Source of the DNA: an uncultured candidatus Porisulfidus sp. | Lineage (GTDB): Bacteria; Pseudomonadota; Gammaproteobacteria; Poriferisulfidales; Oxydemutatoraceae | Length of the DNA stretch: 64,000 nucleotides | Direction: 5' to 3' | NCBI GenBank assembly: GCA_965215125.1 | Contig: OZ244052.1 | Coordinates: forward strand, 672,001 to 736,000 | In this document: one piece after another, positions 49,585 through 59,441 of the stretch | Numbering within the stretch: the first letter of the stretch is position 1 | How the letters are laid out: each line of letters begins with the position of its first letter | Program-made: the position numbers and the translations under genes | The notes under the pieces: model-generated | Told to the model about the DNA's origin: nothing | Seen by the model: only the letters and a program-made list of their open reading frames with translations | Database searches by the model: none

Positions 49585-50485
49585 GATGATCTCCGATGAT
49601 GATGACTTCCGGCTGCAGATGTACACCGCTGTGTTCCTTGACGACAGCCTGAATGTGCACAATCAATTCCTCTATATCGTTTGCCGTCGCCGAACCTTTG
49701 TTGACTATGAAATTTGCATGTTTTTCCGACACCATTGCATTACCGACGGTATGCGACTTCAAGCCACACTCTTCTATAAGCCGTCCGGCCGAACTACCCT
49801 GCAGATTTCTGAAAACAGAACCGCAACTCGGTGCATTGGTCGGTTGAGTCCGATTACGCATCTCAAGATATGTTTTGAGCTGATCGCGTAACTTGTCTTT
49901 GGTTTTTATTTTTTGAGGTCGTTTGAATTCGCCCGAAATAATACATTCATCTTCGAGCAAATCTACGAACCTATAGCCGACATCAATCTCGTTGCGCACC
50001 CGCTTTTTCCTTGTTCCTTGTCGATCGATGGTCTCGATCGCAACCGTATAGTCCCAAATCTCGTTACCGAAAGCACCGGCATTCATCTTAAGTGCGCCCC
50101 CCAAAGTGCCGGGGATGCCAACCATAAACTCCAAGCCCGGTAGACCGTTATTTACATAAAAACGCGCCAGTTGTGCACAACTCGTGCTTGCACCTGCGCA
50201 TATCATATCTTCGCCACGCTGTTCTATCCAATTAAAACCAGTGCCTAAGCTGATTACGATTCCTCTAATACCACCGTCTCGAACCAACACATTGCTACCT
50301 AAACCTAGATAGAAAATCGGATAATCGGCAGCGCAATATCTTAGAAAATGGCTTAGTGCTGCGACATCGTCAGCCTTAAAAAAACAGTCCGCTGCACCGC
50401 CGACACGCCAGGTGTTCAGGCGTTTCAAGCTATGATCGAAATATAAAGAACCTTTAAGATTTTCGGTGTCGCACTGTAACATCAT
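49577..50485 (-). CDS. murB: UDP-N-acetylmuramate dehydrogenase
   Basis: WRVGG, GLGSNVL, GIPGTLGGALKMNAGA, GSVFRN, KHANF. Confidence 0.96.
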   Translation of the reverse strand: MMLQCDTENLKGSLYFDHSLKRLNTWRVGGAADCFFKADDVAALSHFLRYCAADYPIFYLGLGSNVLVRDGGIRGIVISLGTGFNWIEQRGEDMICAGASTSCAQLARFYVNNGLPGLEFMVGIPGTLGGALKMNAGAFGNEIWDYTVAIETIDRQGTRKKRVRNEIDVGYRFVDLLEDECIISGEFKRPQKIKTKDKLRDQLKTYLEMRNRTQPTNAPSCGSVFRNLQGSSAGRLIEECGLKSHTVGNAMVSEKHANFIVNKGSATANDIEELIVHIQAVVKEHSGVHLQPEVIIIGDHHA

Positions 50486-51930
50486 GACGGTATTTCCTCG
50501 GATGAAAAATTTTTTATAGCGAAGCGATCAACCAAATCCTTAGGGAGCTTGGAAATAGACCCGGCACCCATTGTTAATACGATATCGCCGTCGCGCACAA
50601 CCGCATCGAGCACTTCGGGCACGCTTGCCATAGTATCGAGACAAATAGGAATCAGATGCCCGCGTGCACGTATTGCACGGCTCAGCGCATCGCTGTCCGC
50701 ACCTTTAATCGGTGTTTCACCGGCAGCATAGACATCGAGCAAAATCAATTCTTCAACTTCGTTTAGAACATCGCAAAAATCGTTGAATAAAGCATGTGTA
50801 CGCGTGTAGCGATGCGGTTGGAATATCAATACTTTACGCCGCCCACGCCATATATCGCCGGCAGTGCTTAGCACCGCTTTTATCTCGTTCGGATGATGTC
50901 CGTAATCGTCTATCAGGTGTGCATTACCGTGTGCCGTTTGTAGCATGCCGTAATTTTGCATGCGGCGCCCTATACCTTGAAATTCGGCTAAAGCCTTTGC
51001 AATTATCTTTATGGTCACGCCCAATTTGACTCCCACTGCAATCGCCGCAAGCGCATTTAACACATTGTGCCGACCCGGCAAATTCAGCATGAATTTATGT
51101 ACCTCGGTCTCATCGGCGATGCTTAATTGAAAGTGGCTCGTCATATTTTCAAAGCGAATAGCCTCGGCAACAAAATCGTTGTCTTTGCCGAAACCGTAAG
51201 TTAAGCAACGACGACCGAATCGAGTTATCAGTTCTCGTACCACCGGGTCTTCGTTGCAAGCGATTACAACACCGTAAAACGGTAAATTGTGTACAAAATC
51301 TACGAACGCGTTTTGTAAAAATTCAAAATTGTTTTTATACGCCGCCAAATGATCGGTATCGATATTCGTAATAACCGACATCATCGGCTGCAAATGTAGA
51401 AAGGAAGCGTCGCTTTCGTCGGCTTCGGCAACCATGTAATGACTTTCACCCAAACGCGCATTGCCGCCATGACTATTCACTTTACCGCCGATGACAAAGG
51501 TCGGATCCAAGTCGGCTTTGGTCAAAATTGCTGCGATTAAACTCGTCGTCGTCGTTTTGCCGTGCGTACCGGAAACCGCAATACCGAAATGAAAGCGCAT
51601 CAGTTCGGAGAGCATCTCGGCTCGTTTGATTATCGGAATATTATGCTCCCGTGCAGCGGACACCTCCGGATTATCGGAAGCAATCGCAGAAGATACAACC
51701 ACAACATTGCACCCTTTAACGTAGTCTGCACGGTGCCCTATAAAGATCCGCATGCCGAGTGCCTCTAGTTTTGATATCGTCGTGCTATGCGCAATATCCG
51801 AACCTTGTACCTTGCAACCCATATTGCACAATACCTCTGCGATGCCGCTCATGCCGATACCGCCGATGCCTACTAAATGTATCGTACCCATGCTGTCGTA
51901 GACTTGTCTTAGGTTGTTATTCGTTTTCAC
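50482..51930 (-). CDS. murC: UDP-N-acetylmuramate--L-alanine ligase (probable GTG start)
   Basis: GIGGIGMSG, GTHGKTTT, EADESD, DDYGHHP, FQPHRY. Confidence 0.97.
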   Translation of the reverse strand: MKTNNNLRQVYDSMGTIHLVGIGGIGMSGIAEVLCNMGCKVQGSDIAHSTTISKLEALGMRIFIGHRADYVKGCNVVVVSSAIASDNPEVSAAREHNIPIIKRAEMLSELMRFHFGIAVSGTHGKTTTTSLIAAILTKADLDPTFVIGGKVNSHGGNARLGESHYMVAEADESDASFLHLQPMMSVITNIDTDHLAAYKNNFEFLQNAFVDFVHNLPFYGVVIACNEDPVVRELITRFGRRCLTYGFGKDNDFVAEAIRFENMTSHFQLSIADETEVHKFMLNLPGRHNVLNALAAIAVGVKLGVTIKIIAKALAEFQGIGRRMQNYGMLQTAHGNAHLIDDYGHHPNEIKAVLSTAGDIWRGRRKVLIFQPHRYTRTHALFNDFCDVLNEVEELILLDVYAAGETPIKGADSDALSRAIRARGHLIPICLDTMASVPEVLDAVVRDGDIVLTMGAGSISKLPKDLVDRFAIKNFSSEEIPS

Positions 51931-53006
51931 ACCGCCATCTCCGCAATACATATATCGGCAATCTTGCGGTCGGCATCGAGTGTCGCCGCCGCCTTGATTG
52001 CTTTGGACATCTCGAGTAGAGATTTTCTGTTGTTTACAAAACCCAGTAATAAATCGGCAAGCCTGACGGCCGTTAGTTGATCTTGCGGTACTAAAATCGC
52101 AGCGTTTTTGGCAACTAAATGACGAGCATTCGCAGATTGATGATCGTCAACCGCGTGAGGATACGGCACCAAGATTGCAGTGCGTCCCGCCGCAGAGATT
52201 TCCGCCAAGGTCATCGCACCGGCTCTACACAAAACTAAATCGGCCCAGCGGTAAAGCTCGTGCATTTTCTCTTCGAACTCAAAAGCTCTGTAGTGTACTT
52301 TTAATGCCTCTATGCGTGATAAAATTTCTTGCAAATGTCCTTTGCCGGTTTGATGTCTCACTTCGGGACGCTGCGTCTCGTCTATTAACGCAATCGCCTG
52401 CGGGACAATTTCATTCAAAAAATTCGCCCCCAGACTGCCACCGACGACGAGCAGATGTAGTCTGTCGTGTTCGATCGACTTTGGGTCCGGCGCATCGGCT
52501 ATCATCTCGGTGCGTACCGGATTCCCCACCCACACGACCTCCTTGGACTTAAACGACTCGGGAAATCCACAAAGAATTCGTCGACTCAAAAATGCTAGGC
52601 ATTTATTGGTTAAACCGGCGATCGCATTTTGCTCGTGTATGATCAACGGAATACCGAGCAAATAGGCAACGACGCCGCCGGGGCCGGTCACAAACCCCCC
52701 CATGCCCAGGACCAAAGACGGACGATGTCTGATAAATTGCAATAATATCTTCCAAAATGCGATGCTCAAAATCCACGGTGCCGTCAACCAATTCAATAAA
52801 CCTTTGCCTCTCAAGGCTTTGACTCGCACGCCTACAAAATCGATTTCCTCATCGGGCACGACGCGAGACTCAAGCCCGTCCAAAGTACCAAGCCACAGCA
52901 CATCTATGCGTCGCGCTTTAAGACGGCGACCGACGGCGATACCGGGAAAAACATGACCCCCCGTTCCACCTGCCATAATTACAATCAACGGGGTTTTAGC
53001 GGCCAT
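51927..53006 (-). CDS. murG: Lipid II GlcNAc transferase
   Basis: AGGTGGH, HEQN, GNPVR, GGSLGA, DDHQ. Confidence 0.97.
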   Translation of the reverse strand: MAAKTPLIVIMAGGTGGHVFPGIAVGRRLKARRIDVLWLGTLDGLESRVVPDEEIDFVGVRVKALRGKGLLNWLTAPWILSIAFWKILLQFIRHRPSLVLGMGGFVTGPGGVVAYLLGIPLIIHEQNAIAGLTNKCLAFLSRRILCGFPESFKSKEVVWVGNPVRTEMIADAPDPKSIEHDRLHLLVVGGSLGANFLNEIVPQAIALIDETQRPEVRHQTGKGHLQEILSRIEALKVHYRAFEFEEKMHELYRWADLVLCRAGAMTLAEISAAGRTAILVPYPHAVDDHQSANARHLVAKNAAILVPQDQLTAVRLADLLLGFVNNRKSLLEMSKAIKAAATLDADRKIADICIAEMAV

Positions 53007-54159
53007 ACCGTACCTCGCCTTTGGTGTGATATGTAGATATAGAGACCTCGTAATTGATGCGCATCAATAGCACCACGGCAAGAATCAATGCCAGCAAACT
53101 GCTACCACCGGCACTAACGAAAGGCAAAGTGATACCCTTAGTCGGCAGATATCCCAGAACGACACCGGCGTTGATTAAAAACTGTACGAATATCCATAGA
53201 CCGACACCGTAAGCATAAAAAGTATAGCTAAGAAATCCTCGTCGGTATGCTTTTTGCGCGATCAAAAAGCAACATCGGGTTAAGAAGTAAAACAATAAAA
53301 TCAAAAGACAGACACTTATAATGCCGAGTTCTTCGGCAATGATTGCCAATATAAAATCGGTATGCGCTTCGGGTAAATACGATAGCTTTTGTATACTATC
53401 ACCTAGACCGACACCGAACCAGCCGCCGTTTTTAATCGCAATCAAAGATTCTATCAGCTGATATCCGGCACCGAATCGATCCTGCCAAGGATCCATAAAA
53501 ACGAGTAGGCGCTGCATCCTATACGGCTCTATTATCATCAGCCCCAACAATGTAAGACCACTTGCAAATGCGGATATCGAGAAAGGTATCAAACGCACCG
53601 GTGCTAAAAATAGCATGCCGAACATAATCACAAGGATTACCACTGCGGTGCCGTAATCGGGCTGCATTATGAGTAATACGGCAATGCCGGTTCCCACGGC
53701 CAGAGGCTTAACGAACTCCCACAGGCTGGTCGGAAGCCTCGTAAAATGACGGCCGATATAATCGGCGACGAAAATAATCATAAAAAGTTTTACGAACTCG
53801 GAAGGCTGTACGGTGAAAAATTGAAAGTCCAACCAACGGTGGCTCCCGTTAACTTCTTTACCTACTATAGGAGAGAATACTAGGAGGAGTAAGATAATAG
53901 ATACGATGACCAGGACTAGAGAGACACCGCGGTTGAAAATCGTAGCTATCGGTACAAAACATATAATCGCAACTAAGATCAGCGATAACATAATGTAAAA
54001 CAGTTGCTTAATCGTGTAATGGAACGCATCGTCGGCAACAAGTTCAAACGAAGCGGATGCGACCATCACCACACCCAAACCCAACAAGATCGCTATGCAG
54101 CAAAGCATAGACTTGTTATAGTCCACCAAAAAGTCGTGTTTGATAGTTGCATTTGTCAT
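52996..54159 (-). CDS. ftsW: SEDS protein FtsW
   Basis: MVASAS, NGSHRW, QPSEFVK, QPDYG, YLPEAHTDF, PTKGITLP. Confidence 0.95.
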   Translation of the reverse strand: MTNATIKHDFLVDYNKSMLCCIAILLGLGVVMVASASFELVADDAFHYTIKQLFYIMLSLILVAIICFVPIATIFNRGVSLVLVIVSIILLLLVFSPIVGKEVNGSHRWLDFQFFTVQPSEFVKLFMIIFVADYIGRHFTRLPTSLWEFVKPLAVGTGIAVLLIMQPDYGTAVVILVIMFGMLFLAPVRLIPFSISAFASGLTLLGLMIIEPYRMQRLLVFMDPWQDRFGAGYQLIESLIAIKNGGWFGVGLGDSIQKLSYLPEAHTDFILAIIAEELGIISVCLLILLFYFLTRCCFLIAQKAYRRGFLSYTFYAYGVGLWIFVQFLINAGVVLGYLPTKGITLPFVSAGGSSLLALILAVVLLMRINYEVSISTYHTKGEVRYGR

Positions 54160-54166
54160 ATTCTTA

Positions 54167-55528
54167 TCAAGATAGTTTTTTATACGCAGATCTGAAAGCA
54201 TCGCCGCGTTCTTTGTAATTGCGATACATATCCAAACTGGCGCACGCCGGCGACAACAACACGCAATCGCCGGGGCGGGCGGTGTCGGCAGCACACAGTA
54301 CGGCTTGCGTCATATTCTCAACTCGCGTGTAAGGAACGCGACCCTTCATCGCAGCGGCGATTTGTTCGGCATCTTTTCCCAACAGCACAGCAGCGCGCAC
54401 TTTGGTTTCGGCTAAATCGGCGAGTGGCTTAAAGTCGCCGCCTTTGCCGAGACCGCCGGCAATCAATACGACGGGTCTATTGATAGCGTGGAGTGCTGCG
54501 CAAGTTGCCGAAACATTGGTCGCCTTAGAATCGTCGTACCAATCTACACCGTTGCGGCATCCGATATGCTGCAAACGATGCGCCAAACTGTGAAAACCGG
54601 CAGCCGCACTGCGCATCGCATCAAAGGGTAAACCTAAGGCATATCCCATTGCAAACATCGCTTGGGTATTCAGCAAACCCACATCGCCCATCAATGCGAT
54701 ATCGGATTCGGAAATTAGTATCCGGTCACCATAAGCAATATGTCTAATCGCTTCTTTTTCTATCACTCCGAAATGACCGGACGGCGCGCGATCAAGTCCG
54801 AAACTAATCTGTCTCGCCGATTCGTGTATTTGCAGTGCGATATCTTCCTCTCTATTGACGACTACAACCGTACTATTTTTATGGATGCGTAATTTTGCAT
54901 TACGATAATCGGCAAAAGATTCGTAGCGATCTAAATGATCGGGCTTTATGTTTAAGATTACCGACACACTAGGTTGCAGACTATAAATCGTCTCCAATTG
55001 AAAACTGGATAGTTCCAAAACATAAAGTTCAATGTCTTTGTGTTGTTCTAGTAAATCCAACGCCGGCATGCTGTACGGACGCTCGCCGGCTAGATTACCG
55101 CCGCTCGCAACATTAAGTCCTGCATACTTCGCTGCGTCCGCCAATAGCGAGGCAACGGTGCTCTTACCGTTGGTACCGGTGATCGCAGCGATCGGACACT
55201 GCGGCGCATAACGCGCAAACAACTCTATATCGCCGATAAATTGATCTTTTTTTGTATTCGCTTGCATCGCCGCCAAAGTTTTTAGGGAAACGCCGGGGCT
55301 CACTACGACCTGTTCGGCTTGTTCGAGATAAGCCGCTTTTATATCACCTGTATAAACCTGTGTCTCGGGGGCGAATTTCAATAGTGCCTCGTGTTGCGAC
55401 GGATGCGCACTATTATCGGCAACCGCAAACGACATACCGCGCCGATGCAGAAAACGGGCAACCGATAGCCCCGTTATACCTAAACCGATAATCAGAAATT
55501 GATACGCTTGAGCCATCGTTCGATACAT
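54167..55528 (-). CDS. murD: UDP-MurNAc-L-Ala--D-glutamate ligase
   Basis: VSPG, TGTNGKST, ELSSFQLE, DHLDRY, DSKATN, SPACAS. Confidence 0.96.
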   Translation of the reverse strand: MYRTMAQAYQFLIIGLGITGLSVARFLHRRGMSFAVADNSAHPSQHEALLKFAPETQVYTGDIKAAYLEQAEQVVVSPGVSLKTLAAMQANTKKDQFIGDIELFARYAPQCPIAAITGTNGKSTVASLLADAAKYAGLNVASGGNLAGERPYSMPALDLLEQHKDIELYVLELSSFQLETIYSLQPSVSVILNIKPDHLDRYESFADYRNAKLRIHKNSTVVVVNREEDIALQIHESARQISFGLDRAPSGHFGVIEKEAIRHIAYGDRILISESDIALMGDVGLLNTQAMFAMGYALGLPFDAMRSAAAGFHSLAHRLQHIGCRNGVDWYDDSKATNVSATCAALHAINRPVVLIAGGLGKGGDFKPLADLAETKVRAAVLLGKDAEQIAAAMKGRVPYTRVENMTQAVLCAADTARPGDCVLLSPACASLDMYRNYKERGDAFRSAYKKLS

Positions 55529-55540
55529 CTTGTTGTCCGA

Positions 55541-56614
55541 CTACCTGATCTTCAATGTTGCCAAGCCGACCAACACCAAAAGCAAAGTAATAATCCAGAA
55601 GCGTACTATCACGGTGGGTTCGGGCCAACCTTTCAATTCAAAATGATGGTGTAGCGGTGCCATGCGAAAAATACGCTTGCCGGTTAAGCGATACGACGCG
55701 ACTTGTAAAATCACCGAGACCGCTTCGGCAACGAATATGCCACCCATAATAAGGAGCAAGAACTCCTGTCTGACCAGGATTGCGATAATCGCAAGTGCCG
55801 AACCTAGGGAAAGTGCGCCTACATCACCCATAAAAACTTTTGCCGGATAAGTGTTGAACCATAGAAAGCCCAATGCAGTCCCTGCCAGCGCACCACAAAA
55901 TACGGTCAACTCGGCTGCTTGAGGTAAATAGGGAAAATTCAAATAATCGGCAAAATTGGTATGACCGCTAACATAAGCAAAGATACCCAAAGCCGAGGCG
56001 ATTAAGGCAACGGGCAGAACTGCCAAGCCGTCCAAACCGTCGCTTAAATTGACCGCATTGCTCGCACCGACGATGGTTAGATAAGCAAGCAATATAAACC
56101 ATGCCCCTATATCTAAAACGACATCCTTGAAAAACGGGACTATCAGTTCTAATTCGGCAGGGTACTGCGCACTGCTATATACCGTATATGCAATAATAAA
56201 AGCAAGCAGCGATTGCCATAAAAACTTAGTTCTTATGGACATGCCCTCGCCATTCTTAATCTTAAAGTAATCGTCTATGCCTCCCAAAATACCGAAAGCT
56301 AGCATCGTTGCAAGGGCGATCATCACATAATAATTCAGGATATCCGCCCATAACAAAGTAGAAAATACAATCGTGACGATAATCAATATGCCGCCCATCG
56401 TCGGGGTGCCTTGCTTTTTATAGTGCGAGCGAGGACCTACTTCGCGTATGGTTTCGCCTATTTTCAAATGGCTTAGATAACGAATAACGCTCGGGCCGGC
56501 AATAGTGCTGATTAACAGCGCGGTGATCGCAGCAAAAACGGTGCGCAACGTGATATATTGCAAAACATTAAAACCGCTATGCAATTCCAATAAAAAATCC
56601 GATAAATGATACAC
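55541..56614 (-). CDS. mraY: Phospho-MurNAc-pentapeptide transferase
   Basis: GTPTMGG, DDY, NAVNLSDGLDGL, FMGDVG, MAPLHHHFE. Confidence 0.97.
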   Translation of the reverse strand: MYHLSDFLLELHSGFNVLQYITLRTVFAAITALLISTIAGPSVIRYLSHLKIGETIREVGPRSHYKKQGTPTMGGILIIVTIVFSTLLWADILNYYVMIALATMLAFGILGGIDDYFKIKNGEGMSIRTKFLWQSLLAFIIAYTVYSSAQYPAELELIVPFFKDVVLDIGAWFILLAYLTIVGASNAVNLSDGLDGLAVLPVALIASALGIFAYVSGHTNFADYLNFPYLPQAAELTVFCGALAGTALGFLWFNTYPAKVFMGDVGALSLGSALAIIAILVRQEFLLLIMGGIFVAEAVSVILQVASYRLTGKRIFRMAPLHHHFELKGWPEPTVIVRFWIITLLLVLVGLATLKIR

Positions 56615-56625
56615 GGTTGCCTCTT

Positions 56626-57972
56626 CTAAGAAACGGTTTCGTCGGTCGGCAACAATGCTGCCACTAATCGATCCATTTTTGCAGAACGCGAACCTTTAAC
56701 CAATAAACTCACCCCGGGCTTCAACTGCGCTTTGAGCTGTGGTATTAGTGCGGCAATACTATCAAAGGACTCACCCCTCTCACCGAAGTGTTCAGCCGCT
56801 ATTCGGGCATCGTCTCCGACCGCGAAGAAACGGTGTACATCCATGGACTTCGCCCGCTTACCGGCGCGTGCGTGCAGATCGGTGGATTCGTCGCCTAATT
56901 CCGCCATAGTGCCTAATGCCAGCCAGTGTTCTCCCGGTGCTTGTTTGAGCACCTCCAGGGCTGCATCCAAAGAGGCGGGGTTTGCGTTGTAACTATCGTC
57001 TATTAGGTGCGAGCCGTTTATACCGCTACGCACCGCCAAACGCCCGGGTACCGGGGAAACCGATTCTATACCGGCAACAATATCGTCTATACCGGCACCC
57101 GCTACATAGCTCGCCGCCGCCGCAGCCAATGCATTCGCTATATTATGCCGACCTAATAACTGCATGCGACAAGTGCGAGGCTTACCTGCCAAACTTAACT
57201 CTACGGTCGGTCCTCGGTGAGAGAGCAAATGAAAATCGGCTTCGGAAGCTAGACTGAATTCTACGATGCGTCGTTTTTCGATTCGCTGTAACCAATACTC
57301 GTAATACGCATCGTCTTTGTTTAAGATCGCCGTGCCCGATTTGCTCAAAGATTCAAATATCTCGCCCTTTGCTTCGGCAACGCCGTCCAGACTGCCGAAA
57401 CCACCTATATGTGCGGCGGAAGCATTGAGTAACAAAGCGATATCGGGTTGTGCGATGCCGCAGAGTTTACGTATTTCGCCGTGATGATTGGCCCCCATTT
57501 CCACGACCGCAGCGTCGTGTTGTGCCCTGATAGACAACACGGTCAACGGCACACCGATATGATTATTAAAATTGCCGGGTGTTGCAACAACCTGTCGACA
57601 ACGGCATAAAATACTTGCAATAATTTCTTTGGTCGTCGTCTTCCCGTTGCTACCGGTCAATGCCAAAATCGTGATCTTAAGGCGACGACACCACTGTGCC
57701 GCTAATTCGCTCAGTGCTTTTAGTGTATCGGATACGCGTATTTGTGCCAAAGGCGAGGTAATAGCTTCGGAGACCATCACCGCAGCTGCACCCGATGCAG
57801 CTGCCGTCTCTACAAAATCATGACCGTTAAGACGTTCCCCTTTGATCGCTACAAATAAATCTCCCGGCTTGGTCGTGCGGCTATCGATACTGATGCCTTC
57901 TATCGGTATATCGGCACCGTTTATTGCACCTTGCACCATCTCGGCAATCTCGTACAGATTCAACCATGCCAT
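56626..57972 (-). CDS. murF: UDP-MurNAc-tripeptide--D-Ala-D-Ala ligase
   Basis: TGSNGKTTTKE, NFNNHIG, EMGANH, DDSYNANP, VKGSR. Confidence 0.97.
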   Translation of the reverse strand: MAWLNLYEIAEMVQGAINGADIPIEGISIDSRTTKPGDLFVAIKGERLNGHDFVETAAASGAAAVMVSEAITSPLAQIRVSDTLKALSELAAQWCRRLKITILALTGSNGKTTTKEIIASILCRCRQVVATPGNFNNHIGVPLTVLSIRAQHDAAVVEMGANHHGEIRKLCGIAQPDIALLLNASAAHIGGFGSLDGVAEAKGEIFESLSKSGTAILNKDDAYYEYWLQRIEKRRIVEFSLASEADFHLLSHRGPTVELSLAGKPRTCRMQLLGRHNIANALAAAAASYVAGAGIDDIVAGIESVSPVPGRLAVRSGINGSHLIDDSYNANPASLDAALEVLKQAPGEHWLALGTMAELGDESTDLHARAGKRAKSMDVHRFFAVGDDARIAAEHFGERGESFDSIAALIPQLKAQLKPGVSLLVKGSRSAKMDRLVAALLPTDETVS

Positions 57973-59441
57973 CGGTAGTCCTCGAGTGCTTTTTGTATGA
58001 AGTCTGCGTCGTTAAACGGCTTTTTAACACCCTTAACAATTTGATAACGCTCGTGCCCCTTACCGGCGACTAAAACCACATCACCCGGTGCCGCTTCTTC
58101 GATTGCTTTGCTTATCGCCCGTGCGCGATCGTGTATCACGCAATGTGCTCGGTTCTTCGTCATACCTCTTAGAATGTCGTTGCAAATTCGTTCGGAGTCC
58201 TCGCCTCTAGGATTATCGTCGCAAATTACTATGCGGTCTGCATAGCATTGTGCTATTTCCCCCATCAACGGACGCTTGCTTGCGTCTCGTTCACCGCCGC
58301 ATCCGAATACGCAAATCAGATCGGCGGTAGCGTAATCCCTGCACGATATCAGAACCTGTTTCAATGCCTGTGGCGTATGTGCATAGTCTAGGAATACCTT
58401 CGGTAGATCACCGCCACCGAAACGTTGCATGCGACCGGCTACCGGGTGAATCTCGGATAACCGTTCGGCTGCCTCGTCCAATTGAAACCCATGGTTAATG
58501 AGCACCAACAGAGTTGCCAAGAGGTTGTAGATATTAAAGTTGCCGAACACACAAGTTTCTATATCTATAACTTCTCCTAAAAGAGAAACACGCAAAGCAA
58601 GACCCTGTTCACGGTTCTCGGCTTTGATTAAATAAGCGGCTACCATAGAAGATTGCTTTGAATAACTCAAAACCGTCACCTTTTTATGGCACGCATTGAT
58701 CATTGCCTCGGCGTATTCGTCATCGGCATTGATTACCGCCGTCTTTAGACTGTCGTACTCGAAGAGCTTGCGCTTTGCAAGCATATACTTGATGCGCGAG
58801 CCGTGATAATCTAAATGATCGTGCCCTAGATTGGTGAATACGGCAGTATCTATCACCAAACCGTTCAGCCTTCCTTGTGCCAAACCGTGCGAAGAGGCCT
58901 CAACCACAACCTTGTCTATATTGTGCTGTTTTAATTCGTTGATGATTTTATGGGTGATCAAAGCATCGGGTGTCGTATGGGTAGATGTCTGCAAATCACC
59001 GAAGCAACCGTACCCCAGTGTTCCTATCAAACCGCACGGTTTCCCGGCAGCCGATAAACACTCGGCAACATAATGACTCACGGAAGATTTACCGTCGGTG
59101 CCGGTTACCGCAATAACCTCCATCGCATCGGAAGGACAATCGTAAAAGCGGCTGGCAATTAAGCCCATGTTCTTGCGCAGATTGGGTATTCTAATCATCG
59201 GTACCGTGGACGGATAGATTGAGTTCTCACCACCGTCCCAAACAACCGCTTTAGCACCGCGTGCTATGACATCGGACAGGAAATTCAAACCGTGTTGCTG
59301 CTCTCCTTCCAGTGCCATGTATAAATCACCTCGCTGCACCTCTTCGCTATGGTTCGCTATACCGGTCACCTCCACATCGTCTATATTCTTTATCCGCACC
59401 AGATCCTCCATCAACACCGATAATCTACATCTCTTCATCAA
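57960..59441 (-). CDS. murE: UDP-MurNAc-dipeptide--meso-DAP ligase
   Basis: TGTDGKSS, TTPD, EASSHG, DHLDYH, DYAHTP, DNPR (DAP-type). Confidence 0.97.
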   Translation of the reverse strand: MMKRCRLSVLMEDLVRIKNIDDVEVTGIANHSEEVQRGDLYMALEGEQQHGLNFLSDVIARGAKAVVWDGGENSIYPSTVPMIRIPNLRKNMGLIASRFYDCPSDAMEVIAVTGTDGKSSVSHYVAECLSAAGKPCGLIGTLGYGCFGDLQTSTHTTPDALITHKIINELKQHNIDKVVVEASSHGLAQGRLNGLVIDTAVFTNLGHDHLDYHGSRIKYMLAKRKLFEYDSLKTAVINADDEYAEAMINACHKKVTVLSYSKQSSMVAAYLIKAENREQGLALRVSLLGEVIDIETCVFGNFNIYNLLATLLVLINHGFQLDEAAERLSEIHPVAGRMQRFGGGDLPKVFLDYAHTPQALKQVLISCRDYATADLICVFGCGGERDASKRPLMGEIAQCYADRIVICDDNPRGEDSERICNDILRGMTKNRAHCVIHDRARAISKAIEEAAPGDVVLVAGKGHERYQIVKGVKKPFNDADFIQKALEDYRWHG